This document shows, piece by piece, positions 26,576 through 40,290 of a stretch of 64,000 nucleotides of DNA. The translations under genes were made by a program, and so were the position numbers. The first letter of the stretch is position 1, and every line of letters starts with the position of its first letter. Origin of the DNA: the human T2T-CHM13v2.0 reference genome, Homo sapiens; NCBI RefSeq assembly GCF_009914755.1, contig NC_060944.1; one strand, written 5' to 3'. The notes beneath the pieces are model-generated. The model had not been told where the DNA came from and ran no database searches. It saw nothing but the letters and a program-made list of their open reading frames with translations.

Positions 26576-26687
26576 CTCAGAAGAAGGCATTTTTTGCTTC
26601 ATCCTCAGCATCTGCTTTGCCTGGTGATGATGATTAATAGACAGGCCCAGGTGCCTGGTGCCCAAGGCGCCTAATTTAGTGTCGATC
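26576..26687 (-). pseudogene. CTLD N-terminal-half exon remnant
   Basis: Acceptor ctctgcccctgcag|. Mosaic W-HQA..AC..NHHHQA...EDEAKNAFF. Its phase-1 end joins (A)ESWIG in frame. Confidence 0.4.
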
Positions 26688-27042
26688 CTGCAGGGGCAGA
26701 GCATCAAGAATGACACAGGCCTGGTAATGCAGTAAGAATCTAGAGCCTGTGGCTGGCTGGAGAGCACATGTCCCACTGCTAGGGGACAGCCACTTCTCAG
26801 GTCCAGTTATTCCCACAGCTTTCAGTTTTTCACTGGACATTGAAATCCAATTTTAATGTGAAATCTCCAGATCTTCATCTTTTGGTTCAATTAAGAAAAA
26901 ATCATAAAGTGCTCAAATAGCACATCAGCAAGCCAGCAGTTTATGTACTCTGGTTTGTAGTTGTCGTGGCACGAAGCAGTTCACAGACACATTCCCATTC
27001 AAAGGTATTTGGAAACACATTGTATGTGCTGTCCTGGCACTT

Positions 27043-27606
27043 TTTTTAAAAATTTTTTTAAGTTCTGGTGTACATGTGCCGGATGTCCAAGTTTGTCACA
27101 CAGGTAAACGTGTGCCATGGTGGTTTGCTACACCTATCAACCCATCACCTAGGTATTAAGCCTAGCATGCATTAGCTCTTTTAGCTAGTGCTCTCCCTAC
27201 CTCCCCAAACGGGCTCCAATGTTGTTTGTTCCCCTCCCTGTGTCCATGTGTTCTCATTGTTCAGCTCCCACTTTTAAGTGAGAAAATGCGGTGTTTGGTT
27301 TTCTGTTCCTGTGTTAGTTTGCTGAGGATAATGGCTTCCAGCTTCATCCATGTCCCTGCAAAGGACATGATCTCATTCCTTTTTATGGCTGTATAGTATT
27401 CCATGGTGTATATGTACCACATTTTCTTTATCCAGTCTATCATTGATGGACATTTGGGTAAGTTAGTTCAACCATTGTGGAAGTCAGTGTGGTGATTCCT
27501 CAAAGATTTGGAACCAGAAATACCATTTGACCCAACAATCCCGTTACTGGTTATAATATGAATATAAATTACCCATTTATATTACCCAAAAGAATATAAA
27601 TAATTC
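27043..27606 (-). mobile_element. 5'-inverted, truncated L1PA (about L1PA8-10)
   Basis: Minus-strand 3' end at 27043-27459, plus-strand piece at about 27459-27606. TSD tcctggcactt at 27032-27042 and 27607-27617. Confidence 0.9.
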
Positions 27607-30600
27607 TCCTGGCACTTCTCACTCATAAGTGCTCTGGACATTAAAAGGAAGAGTAATTAAAAGATCCTAACCTGACTATAACTAGGCAAACTTGAGGCCT
27701 GTCTTTGCATCCAGCAACAACAATAATAAAACTCTGCCTTTTAAAACTTGAAGAATAATCGTTCTTTATTCTAGATTTCCTTAAAGGGGTAGCACAAGGG
27801 CATTACCAAGGTCATAGAATTCTTTTGAAAATTCATCTTTAGACATCTCTTTTTCTTCCCAGAGTTTCTCACTCTGCAGCTGCTAAGCATCATCCCATCT
27901 CTCTTGCTGCCTCAATGTTCCTATAACATTCATTCACCTCTTTTACATCCCTCTGCTCAGTACATGACTCTCCTATTTGGGGGAAAATACACTGCTTTTT
28001 TTTTCTCAAATACATAAGCCCTCCTGCCCTGGAATTGTAGCAAGAAAAACCATCCACCTAAAAGTAACAGTTATGCTCATTATCCTGGTATTCGGATATT
28101 TCCCCACATAACAATAGAATCTCTAAAGACTTTATCATCATCTTGCAATATTTGATCATCACTTGAAGTCCGACAGAGTATTGGCCGTGATCATGACCAA
28201 TACCCAGGGAATCTTTCGGGACTTGAGCTCATTCTTAAAGCTAGTTTGCTAATAATTAGTTGTCTAATGATTAAGTTATCCAACATTTAATCCTTCTCTG
28301 AATCCTTTCCATTATCTATCTTTTTCTGAAATCTACTTGGCTTTTTAATCATTTTTAAGCACATTTGCCTAGGGCACTTCTGAATTATCTTTATATTTTA
28401 AATATCAAATTTCCACTCTTCTGTAAATCTGTCCTTGTGGTGTCTTTTGCTATTTTATGTCCATTTCAACACTTTAAGGACATTTAGCCAACTTGTCTGA
28501 AAACTTTTTATTTTTTATTAATTGATACTTTAGGGTCACAAAGGTTTGGATTCTAGACGATCTCCACATGAAGCAATACACTGTGGAACTTTCTACACTG
28601 CCAGGGGCACAGTGAGTACTCTGCTGTGATGGCCTCACCAATGTCTGTCCAGATAGCCCCTGGGGTCACAGGCATCTCTGAGGTTCTCTCTACCGAAAGG
28701 AATCTCTTCTCATTTAAAGAGGGTCCCCATCCTGTAACCTGAATCACCCAAATTTCTCCCTGGGACCTTCTTGTCTGTTGTGGGTACCTTACTCCTACCT
28801 ACCAAAATAGCCTAGTCCCTGACCCCCAGGATGCAAAACATCCATATTGATCATGGATTTCATTCCCACCTCAGTCATTTAGTAGCTGATGTCTTTGGAT
28901 AAGAACCTAACCTCTCTGAACATCTGGTACATAGGTTGCACCACCTTTATTAAGAAGAATCACAATTACTCTCGTAAGTTTATGTAGGAATAGAAACAAA
29001 TCTATGGATTGTCTGGATGCCTAGAAGGCATTCGATAAGGAAGGAGGAAGAGTGAAAGGAAGGGGGGGCATTTTATTTTCCTACAGACGACAACCTCTGA
29101 GCAACAGAATAGGCAGAAAGATGCTGTCTAAGATTTAGAAAAAACTACATCATATCAACTGGGCCTTAGCTTTATTGAAAAATAAAAACAACAACCAACT
29201 ATTCTTTGACTTCTTTGAAAATAGCCCCCCAGAAAAATCTATGAAAGCAATCTATAAAGTGTTAGTTCTAGCTGAATTAAAATTGTATGGGGAAAGAAAT
29301 CAACCTTTAACCTTGTCCATTATAGCAGTAGATCTCTATGCTCCACAATCCAACTCCTTGGAAGTATTTTTGGCAATGGTCTTATCCAGAAAATTCACTG
29401 AATTACTGAGTCCAGGTTATGAGTGTTTATGCTCTTTCCGGATTTCTTTAGCCAACCTCCCTGCCCCAAACAATAAATTACCATTTTCATCTGCACTTGC
29501 CTCGGGCAGCACCTCTTTATTAAAAGATTAACAAATAAATAAATGAGATGCAATTAGCCAGAAGCAACTGTATGAGACTTTTATCTCTAATGGGATAGAA
29601 ATTGAAGGCAAAAATAGAGAATATTGATGACAAAATATTTGAATCTTGTGCTCTTTTCAGGGATCTATAAAGCATGTGTCTGGTAACACAGAGAGGAAAA
29701 TATGTTGGGGACAGGGATGATATGTTCATTCTAAGCTGCCTTTAGATGTACTAGCACCATCTGACCCCCCCATAGACTCTTAGAAATGCAACATTTGAAG
29801 TGTGGGTTCTTCTCCCCACCTACCCCTAAAGCTGAGTGTTTCTCATTTTCCCCTTAAAGGAGGAAGCACATTGTCATTATCATCTTTCCCATTCTTCACT
29901 CTGGAGTTCAACTTATTTCAGAATAAAATTGTCACCTGTCATTGGATATGACCAGTGACTGCTAAGTTTATCACAACACCCAGTTCAACTTCCATAAAAT
30001 CACATCCTCCTTTCCTAAGCCAGAAGCATCCAAGAGCTCTCAGCTACGATGCTGCAGGGAAGACGCCTACTTGAAGTAGAAATGTGTCAGTCCTTCATGT
30101 AAAAGCACAGGCAACTGATGCTTGTCAGTTTACAGCTGATGACAGCAGGTGGAGAAGAAACCATCTTAGCTAGAGACTAAGAGCCTATGATCCTGGCTGA
30201 ACTTTTCCACTAACTAGATGTGTGACCCTGCACAAGTTACCCTCCATTTAATTTCCTCCTCTCCAAAGTCAAGGCCTGTGCATGAAGATTCAAAGGTCCC
30301 TTCCAGCTTCACGGTGCCCCTTAGTCTGCCCACCCACCAAAGCCCCTCAGGCTCAAGAAAGTCAGCAGGGTCTAGCTCCCTTCATGGCTTGACCCAAAAC
30401 ACTTTCTTGGTCTTTTGAAATTAATGCAGATGTTTTCATCTTTCCAAATTCTTTCTTTCTCTTATCTGATTAACTTTTTCCTTATTTCAAAAGCAGCATA
30501 TGCTTATTGTAAAAATATCATACATACAGATAAGCAGAAGAGAAAAGTCATTCATAATGCCAAGTTCCTTCAAACTGTGACATATATTTAGAAGTTCTTC

Positions 30601-30639
30601 ATACTATCTGTAGTGTTTTCCAACTTTATAAGCCATTGA

Positions 30640-31038
<399 letters not shown>

Positions 31039-31164
31039 TACATTTGCTAATTTATATTTTTTAATTTTGCTATCATTGGTATCACCCTGAACTCTCTTCT
31101 TTCAGGGATATACCTGGTTGCTCTAAAGAGTATTGGTAGATGAGGGAAGTGCTCTTACTAACTA

Positions 31165-31702
31165 GTGGCATTTCTTTAAATGGCTGCAAATGCTTAGAAA
31201 CTCCTCCAGTTGAGACGTAGAGTGTAATTCTCCACCTATTTAATCTGGTTGTATTTATGACTCACTTGTAACTAAGACAATAAGGCAAAGCAAAGATGTG
31301 TGACTACTAAGCCTAGATCAGGAGGCTATGCAGCTTCCACCTGATTATCACGGAAGACTTGCTCTTTGGCTGCTTGTTCTCAATATACACTTTCTTGGAA
31401 CCCAGCTGCCATGCTGTGAGGAAGCCCAAGTCACATGGAGGTGCTGTGGTTGACTATCCTTCAGGCCAAGCACTGGACATGAGAGCAAGGAAGCCAACTT
31501 GGAAGCCCCACTCAGCTGTCCAAGATGTTTAAGTCACCCCAGCCCATGGAGTCTTTAAAGCCTCAGTCACAATGGAGCAGAGAAGAGTCTTCCACTGCCG
31601 TTTTCAAATTCCTGGCCCACACAATCTGTGAACAAATAAATGTTGTTGATTCATACCACCAAATTTGGATGGTTGGGGGCAGCAGTAGTACCTGGAATGC
31701 CA
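31165..31702 (+). mobile_element. MLT1-type LTR
   Basis: ggaacccagctgccatgctgtgaggaagccc...aaattcctggcccacacaatctgtga. Confidence 0.75.
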
Positions 31703-31753
31703 CAGACTAAACCTGCCATGATTAGTAGGTACAATGGGAAGCACATTCTAAAG

Positions 31754-32092
31754 CAGTGATTCCCAACACTTTTGGCCCCAGGGACTGGTTTCATGGAAGA
31801 CAATTATTCCACAGGTGGGGGTGAGAGGAATGGTTTTGGGATGAAACTGTTCCACCTTAGATCATCAGGTATCAGTTAGATTTTTATAATGAGCATGCAA
31901 CCTAGATCCCCCATATGTGCAGTTCACAACAGGGTTGGCACTCTTATGGGAATCTAATGCCTCCACTGATCTGACAGGAGGTGGAGTTCAGGTGGTAATG
32001 TCGCCCACTACTCACCTCCTGCCGTGCAACCTGGTTCCTGACACACCACACGGACTAGTACCAGTCTGCAGCCCAGGGGTCAGGGACCTCTG
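31754..32092 (+). mobile_element. MER1B (hAT-Charlie)
   Basis: 339 bp, terminal inverted repeats, perfect 8-bp TSD ttctaaag. Confidence 0.9.
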
Positions 32093-32399
32093 TTCTAAAG
32101 GACAATGTTAGGAGAGGAAGGGGAATAAATGAATTTATCTTAACCTGCAGGGAAAACAAAAAGACTGGAAGTTCTGGAAGTAGCAACCCCCAAAGGATTC
32201 TGTTAGTCTCCTATGTAAACCTATCAGCAGCAGCATCATCTTTTATGTTTGCAAAAAACCAATTATGGATGCTTAAAATATGACTGTTTCTTTGAAAAGA
32301 GTGTCTTACCAAAAAATTACAATGAGTTATGAAAGAAAAATATTTCCAGCATTTGTATTTGGAGTACAGTTGAGGCTTACTCTAAAGGGGGCAATTTTG

Positions 32400-32630
32400 C
32401 AAAGTGGTTCAGAGTAAGAGTTTTAGAAGCAGATTCACCTGGGTTCAAACTATGGCCCTATGACCACTTTGCCAATTCTGGAAACATGCATTCCATCATC
32501 TCTGAAACAGGGAGAAGGCTTCACTCACAAGGTTGCTGTAAGCGCTAGCAGACATAATGGATGTGCTGTGTTCACATGGTGCCTAGTGCACAGTAGCGCT
32601 TGGTCACCTGTCACTGTTCTTATTGTGTTC
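32400..32630 (+). mobile_element. MIR
   Basis: cctgggttcaaac...catctctgaaacaggg...ggttgctgtaag. Confidence 0.65.
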
Positions 32631-32802
32631 TTGTTATTGCTCCTGCTATTGCTAAAGTTGTTTCAGCCCAGCCCAGGAAGAAGGGTGATTATTTAGTTCT
32701 GAAAAAGAGAAAACACAATAAGGAATATATAATTTCATTTCTCACCCAAAGGACCATTTTATGACTCTGGTCATTGCAGTGTAGGAAAGGAATAATGTTC
32801 AT

Positions 32803-33261
32803 TGTTAAAGAAAAAACATCATTCAGTGACATTGGATAAAGCACAGTAAGGCAGACTTTATTCATGACCATTGCAACAGGTATAGGGACCATGGTAAGGG
32901 GATTTTGCAGTGAGAGAGAGAGATTAGGCTCAACTCTGAATACAGCATGGGCAAGTGGGAATTTACAGCTAAGGAGCAGGGTGGGGATCGATGGATGAAA
33001 ATGACTTAGAGGATGCATCAGGAGTAAGGGAAATTCTGGCCAAACGAACCTACAGGATTTTTATAGGTGATATTGGAGGAGGAGGAACCTGATCAGATAT
33101 CAAGGCTAATCAGACAGTGAGAGAGAACGAGCGGTTCTTGCTAAACTGACTTATCAGGGTTCTTGCTAAAACTGGGTTTTACAAAAACATGTGCAGATGA
33201 GCCTAGGAGAATGTTCCCCAAGAGGCTGACTAAAGTTTAACCAAGCAAAGAATCTTTGTTA
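32803..33261 (-). mobile_element. MER31-family ERV1 solo LTR
   Basis: Reverse complement begins ..acaaagattctttgcttggttaaactttagtcag; contains ttagcaagaaccc repeats. Confidence 0.7.
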
Positions 33262-33609
33262 TCAGCCCATTTAGAATATTAGGGCAAAGCCCTAAGAGGT
33301 TTACATTTAAGTCAGAAAACCAGAGGACTTGAATATACTCACTTTTTTTACTGCATTGCTGAGGTCTAGATTTCACTCACTCAATCAGCTATTCATTTAG
33401 CAGACATGTGTACTTATTAAGTATCATGTATGCTGGGATCCATAGTAGGCACTGACAATACAGAAAAATTAAAAACAAACAGGACTCTAACCCTCCCCCT
33501 TCACGTTCAATCTCTGCAGCTCATATGCACTGTGTCGTAAGACATTCACAATTGCATAGTACCCTGAAAGGGGAAAAATGAAAAAAAAATTTAAGAAAGT
33601 TCTAAAAGT

Positions 33610-33800
33610 ATGTTACACTTTACAAAGCCCTTTTCACATTTGTCATCTCAATGAGTCCTCTAAACAACCCTGGAAAAGAGATACTATTATAATTAAATCA
33701 ATTTTATAGATAAGAAAACTGAGACAAGAAGGCTAAGTAGCATATTCAAGATCACACAGCTAGTAAGTGACAAAGTATGATCTTGGACCCTATCTTCTCC
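33610..33800 (-). mobile_element. MIR
   Basis: attttatagataagaaaactgagac...gatcacacagctagtaagtg. Confidence 0.75.
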
Positions 33801-35724
33801 ATCTGTGCTGGGTCAGCGTGTGTCACTTCAACTCCATCAGACACATGGCTTTTTTGTACTGTGGCAAAGATACTGAGCTCTCACCAAAGCTACCCACACT
33901 TTGAAGTCTCCCTTAGAGTCAATTAGAATCACACGACTAGGACTTTGTCCTGAAGCAACATGAGTACTTCTGGGGCTAAAGCAGTTGGCAGTTGATTTGG
34001 CTCCTCCATGACCCTCTTCCTCTTTGGAAAAGAGCCTCAAAGTGAAAGGGGCTTGGATACCCAAGTACCTGCATGGAGGAGAGTCTCTGCCAGGCCATCT
34101 CAGATCTCACACCAGAGAGAAAACACCTTTTGTGTGAAGCCTTTGAGATTTCAGGTCCTACTTGTTACCACAGCAGAGCCTCTTCTACCTAACAAACACA
34201 AACCCAAGACCTCTATACCCAGCACCATGCTGGGTGCTGCGAACAACTGGAATCGTAAGATATTCTCTGCCTTCAAGGAGCTAACAAAGTTACTAGGACA
34301 TTACTTAAAGTGAAGGGTTTTCTCAACAGATGGCCAGGCTCAGCCAGCAATGTACGACCCATAAATACCAGTGACAGGCTCGTTATCACATCTGAGAAGA
34401 GCTGTAGCCTCAACACTGTTTGGTGGTGGCTGCCATTTTTAAGATGTTGCTGTGCTGTAAGCTAGAAGGCCAGCGCCAAACCTGATAACCACCCAGAACC
34501 TGGGGCAATCCTTATTACCTCGATAAATAATGTTTTAATTTATTGGTTAAAGAAAACACATTAAGAAAACATGTCCCTGTAGCCTTGCCGCTTTTCAGGC
34601 CCATCTTTTAACGTCTTTTCTCTACTCTGAGAATTCGTTCCTTGATTCATTCACTTACTAAACATGTATCAAACATCAACACGGTACCAGTGCTGTGTTA
34701 GAGCTGGAGATGCACAGATAAAGAAATCATGATTCCTGCCTGGGAATCGGCAGTAACTTTTTTTTTTTTTCAGAACCTAGACCTGAACTCAGGAGGCCTT
34801 ATGGGATTTATAAGATCAGATCACCAACTCAGGGTCACTTAGAAAGGGGTCTTAAGACTCAAGTCTTAAGGCATAAGTAAAAGTCCACCAATTTTTATGT
34901 CTTTGTGATTTTTTTAAAATCAACGTACTCTTCAAGGATGAACTGTCAGATTTTCTAAGGAGAAAAAACAAACAGCATATTCCTCTGATTTCTCAACTGC
35001 CTGGTTCCTTCATTTTGACATTTGAGACTCTTGTTGCACCACAGACTCAATAGCATTTATTTAGAATCCCAAAAGCCAAGAATTAGACCTTTGTTTGACT
35101 TGGAGCAGTTTTCTGTCTTCCTTTCTCTGGGTCAATCAATCTCAGCTTCTCTAGTTTTAAAAGTACAACCTATAGGAAACATAATTTCCAAAAAGAGTAA
35201 TTTCATAGGATTATATTTCAAAATATTATCCCTGTTATATGGAGTAGGCCCGGTATCCATGAGGTAGCAATGTGTTCCTTTGCTAAGCCAAGGAGTCCAA
35301 TCCCACATGCTATGGAACTGGCACAAAGTCAAAAATTTTAATCCTACTTGCTGTGAGGTTGTTACACAGGGAAAGTTCCTTAGTGAGGCAGGCATGGCTC
35401 AGCCTCCAATGTGTATACCAGTGGACTTGGTTTCTATCATATAAACCCATTAAGGGTCTGAAGAAGCCATTTACATTTTCAGTGCTTTTTTTTTTTTTTA
35501 ATTGATTTCTCAGAGGCTCTCTCTCAGGGAAGCTGCCCTCACCTCCCTGGCCCTCTCATATATAGTACAAAGTGCTCCACCACAGTAGAGAATGTGCTGC
35601 TGTGACTCCTTGATTCTTAATTAATTTATCAAATGGAGCATCTCTGTTGAGTCCCTATGCTTAGAAGAATAGTGATTAGAACCTAGCAGGAATTCGAATG
35701 CCTTGTGGCACCATAGACTCAATG

Positions 35725-35770
35725 TTTTTTGAATAAACTCTTTTTTGAATAAACTGTTTTTTGAATAAAT
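35725..35770. repeat. 16-bp tandem repeat x3 at an L2 tail
   Basis: ttttttgaataaact(c/g) units. Confidence 0.85.
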
Positions 35771-36399
35771 AATACATGCAAATAGAAGGATTTGTAAGAT
35801 TCTTAAGGAAAGTCTAGAATTTGCCTCCCTCCTTGGCCTCCCACTGGATTCCTTGAGGATTTCCTTGGGGAAATACTTTGAAGGCTCCAGCCAAAATGCA
35901 AATATGTTTTCTGAGAGGATTAAGAGATGAAGCTGTTATTAAACTCAAGTTGTAATAACAAATACCACAGGAAGTGTAGATCAAAAATGAACCCCAAAGA
36001 GTGGAGGAGCATATGAGATCTCACCCATGCTTCATAAGGAGAGCCAGGAATAGGACAGACAATACCTGAGGGGCCATACCTGGGGATGGGAAAAGGGGCT
36101 TTCGTTCAAGATAATGGGAGGTGGAGATGGGGGAAAGGCGAGAAGTCAGAAACAAATACTAGAGAGCCAATATGGGGAGCATCAGGACCTTGTTAAATTC
36201 CAGGGTAGGAGTCCAGAGTTACGCATCCAAGTCTGACCATGAACCCAAGAGTCAGGATGTAGGAGATGAGACCAGTCAAAACCAGGTAAGAGTTTCATGG
36301 GAGGGAGTGGGGGTGGGCAAGGAGGCCGAGAGCTATCAAGGGCCTTACTGCTGTGATGCAATTACAGAGGGACCACAGAGGCTCTGCTGGCTGGGCTCT

Positions 36400-36642
36400 A
36401 AAGCAACGCTGTCCAAGAGAGCCACAGAAATGAGCCACATGAGTAATTTAAAATTCCCTATAACCACATTTAAAAAGAAAAAGGCAAAGGAAACAGCTAA
36501 ATATGTTTAATGAGATAGATATTTTTCTCTTTTTTTCCTTTGTACTGTGTCTTCAAAATGTAGTATGCATTTCCTATGAAACTCGTTCAGCAATTTGGAC
36601 AGTAGCCGCATGTGCTTAGTGGCTACCATACTGAATAGCATG
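36400..36642. mobile_element. MER3/MER33-type hAT MITE
   Basis: gctgtccaa...tagccgcatgtgcttagtggctaccatactgaatagca. Confidence 0.7.
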
Positions 36643-37834
36643 GTTTTGGGGGCTCCACTCTGGTCATCTTCTGGCCACATCCCTCACCATGGTGAGAAGT
36701 TGGTGGGGCCAAGGGGATCTGCCCACCTCTATCCCCTACATCTTTCTAGATCACACACCAGATACCCAAAACCCTGAAATGCCCTGCCCAAAGGGTCCAC
36801 AGCCTACTCTTAGGGGAGTGCATTGGGAGGACATTGGAATGTTCATATGAGTCCTTCCCTGGGTCCATCACAGGATAGGTCAACCTTTCTGAGGGTGAAC
36901 TGTGCTGCTATTCTGTGCACTCTTAGCCTTGAGGAGGTCAAGGCATGGCTGACAGTGGAGAGGCATGGACAGAGCCTGGATGTGGGTTGGGATGCCTGTG
37001 CAGGACAGAGTTGGGGTAGGGGGAGAGAAGAGAGATCAGTCACTCACTGGCACAAGGAGCCTGGGCCATTTCTTTCCACACTCCATATGCCCATGTAAAA
37101 CTCCAAGGCATCTGAGAATTCTAAATTTGAAGCTAAATTTGACAAGGTAGGAGAACAGAACACATTTTATTTAAGAGTTTGTTAGCCTAATTTATAAGTT
37201 TAAAATATTTAGATCAGAGTGAGCCCTCACTTTCACTCCTGCCAGGAACCCCACAAATGCTGGAGGCAAACCTGACCCTGAGTCTTCATTATTTACCATA
37301 ATATCTGATATTTAAATTCTTGTCTTTAGGGAAAGAGTGAGTAAATTGGCCCAACTTAAAAGGTCAGAGGTACAATGAACTCTATGTAACACAAAAGGAG
37401 AATAAATTATTTAACATAAGGATCCCAAATTCAGTTTTATAGAAGGTAATTTTAAGGAGATAAATACATATCACCTCCACTGTGGAAACCACCCTCAATT
37501 CCAATTAGCATAGTTAATTACTCCTTTCTTTCTGTGCCCACAGAGCACTTTAGTCAAACTTCTTTCTGTAGAATATAAGTCTATATTTTCTTCAAAAATA
37601 ATGTATTGCTTTATTTTAGGAATCTCAGATTCTTTTGAGAATGTATAACAAAAGCCATGAGTCCTCTCCCCAGGGAAAAAAATGCAGATATGTGCAGTTG
37701 GGAATATGATTTCACAGAGTTCACAGACTTGAGCCTAAGACGCCTCTGTTTGACAGGGCTGCGAGGGAAGCACTGACGCCACTCTGCACCATCTGATAAG
37801 TACTCTGCTCAGATAGGATGAATAAGCAGCATGT

Positions 37835-38305
37835 TCCAGGCATCTATTGCTGTATTAAAACCATCAAAAAACTTAGTGGCTTAAAAGAAGAGTAGTTAGG
37901 ATGCTACAGTCCTGCAAGACACGATGGGGTTGGCTCTACCCGTGTGTTATTGGCCAGGTGCCTTCATTAAGGAAAGGAGGAGCCACAGTGGCTTCACTCA
38001 CATGTCGGGTGTCTGTGGCTGCAGCACTGAGAGCAGGCTGCATTGGTGTGTGTGTCTCTCGTACTTTCCCTATAGTCTCACAGCCTCCTTGGCTTCTCTC
38101 CTCATGAACTCTTCAGCAGGACAGTCAAACCTCTCCGTGGTGGTCTAAGGCTTCAAAAGGGAGACTCTGCTTGTGTCAGGCATGCTAATTTCTCACTGGC
38201 CAAAGCAAGTCACATGACCAAGCCCAGTGTCAATGTGGGAGGGGCTTCACAAAGGTATGACTATCAGCATGCATGGCTTATTGGGGCCACCAATTAACAG
38301 CCACA
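37835..38305 (-). mobile_element. MLT1-type LTR
   Basis: tctattgctgtattaaaaccatcaaaaacttagtggcttaaaa...ggccaaagcaagtcacatgaccaagccc. Confidence 0.75.
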
Positions 38306-38682
38306 GCACAGCCTTTCCAAAAACAACACGGAGGGACAACTATTAAAAGAGCAAATAATCATAATCTCTTAGAGATACTCCACAATGGATGTGGGGTGTC
38401 TACTTACTCCCTCCATCACTTAGGCCTCAGACCAAGGTCTCTCAGAGCAGTCTTGTCTGACTAGGTCACATCTCCTGTTAGGCACCATCCAAGAACCCCA
38501 TGTTTTTGGTCTTAAATACATATCACAGCTTGTAATTATGTATTAGTGTGAATATCTGATTTCATATCACCCAAACTGAATGGTGGACACTTTGAGGACA
38601 GGAACTACAACTGCTTTCTTATTATTACATCTCAGCTTCTGGCACAGTATCAGACACATGGTAGACCCCAATAAATATTTGA

Positions 38683-38875
38683 AGAAGGAGAGAGGGAGAG
38701 AGGGAGAGAGGGAGAGAGGGAGGGAAGGAAGGAAGGAAGGAAGGGTGGGAGGGAGGAAAGGAAGGAAGGGATGGAGGAAAGGGAGGAAGGAAGGGAGGGA
38801 GGAAGGAAGGAAGGGAAGGGAAGGAGGGAGGGAAAGCAGAAAGAGAAAGGGAACAAGAATGGAAGGGAAAGGAAA
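38683..38875 (+). repeat. GGAA/GGGA-rich tract at an L2 3' end
   Basis: Follows cacatggtagaccccaataaatatttg. Confidence 0.9.
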
Positions 38876-38909
38876 TATATGGTTTAAGTTATAGGAATTC
38901 AAGGTATGA

Positions 38910-39145
38910 TTTGATTAACAGTGACATCCATTGAATATGTGCCAGACATGACACTAAGGCAAATATCCTATTTACTCCCCAACAACCCTGTGAGAGAGTT
39001 AATATTCACCCCACTTTATGGATGAGGAGACTGAAGCTTACAGGAGTTATGTGATTTTTCTCAGGCTGAAGAGCTGGCTAGTGGTAGAGCTGGCATTTGA
39101 CCCAGGGAAGCCTAACCTCAGAGCTCATACCCTTAACCACTTGTA
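38910..39145 (-). mobile_element. MIR
   Basis: cccactttatggatgaggagactgaagc...gagctggcatttgacccagg. Confidence 0.75.
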
Positions 39146-39699
39146 ACCATTATCTCCCCTGTAAGTACAAATTAACATTTAGAAACGAAAGGAGAGCACT
39201 TAAGAACACAAAGCAGCTTGAGTGTCTGCTCAAGGACTTATGAAGAAAAGATGTACACATAAATAATCAAAAGAAAGGGAAAGAAATGCTTTGGTGCTTT
39301 ATAAAAGAGGTCACCAAAGAATAGTGGCGATCAAGCCAAAAAGAGAGAAGGAGTGAAAACTGAGAGCATTAAGGAGATAATGAGGCAGAGAGGACTGACA
39401 GAGAGAGGGACCCTCAAGTGGGTGGACTCACATTTCATCAGAAAGAGGGTGATGCAAACACCTCCCAGGAGGTGGGAGAAGGATTCACTGGCTAAAGTAT
39501 TGAAATTGACCTAGCAAAAGGCATCTCCCAAGATGAATCACAATTTCAAAGCACCACGGGCAAAAATTGTGCCAAATAGGAAATTTTATAGCAGAAATGA
39601 ATTTTTATTAATCACAAAACCCTCGTCTGAGACTTCTAGTTTTCTGCTTCAAGCAGAGATAACATATATAAATCTTTCTCTATAGAAAATTTTAAAAGG

Positions 39700-40290
39700 C
39701 ATAGCCCACACCTGCGAGGAAAAAGATGTCTAAACTGAAGCATTGATGGGGATGTAGAACAATGGAATTATTCCATTCCTTGGAATACCCTTCATTCAAA
39801 CAATGCTCTATTGCTGGAAGTGAAAGCCAGTATACCCACTGTGGAATACCATCAGCATCTACTGAGGCTGAACCTTCATGCATATCCTAGGACCCAATAA
39901 CGTCACTCCTGAGCTTATATCCAACAGAATTGCATCCACATATTTGGAAGGTGCAAGAATGCTCGTAGCAGCACTATTCATAATAGGCTCCAAATACAAA
40001 CCACGTAACTTTCCATCTGCAGTAGAACGGCTAAATAAACCTTGGTACATTCACACCCTGCAGCACTACACAGTGATGAGCATGGACAGAGTACAATTAC
40101 ATGCAAAGGTATGAATGAACCTCCACACATAAATATTTAAAGTAAAAAAAAAGAAGCAAACTGCACTGTGGAAAGTCAAGATGGTGACTACCCATGTCGG
40201 GAGAGAGAGGAGACCTGGAGGGGCCTGAGAGAGACTTCTTAGGTGGTTTGTCCATTCCTTTTATGGATATTATACTACAGTAAAAATTTT
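39700..40290 (+). mobile_element. Ancient L1ME 3' fragment
   Basis: RMLVAALFIIG..K...PS......W translation. Confidence 0.7.

Noticed and set aside
28180-28210. GYWS*S as a cytokine-receptor WSXWS motif
   Set aside because: The spacing is wrong, there is no supporting domain context, and it coincides with a DNA palindrome.
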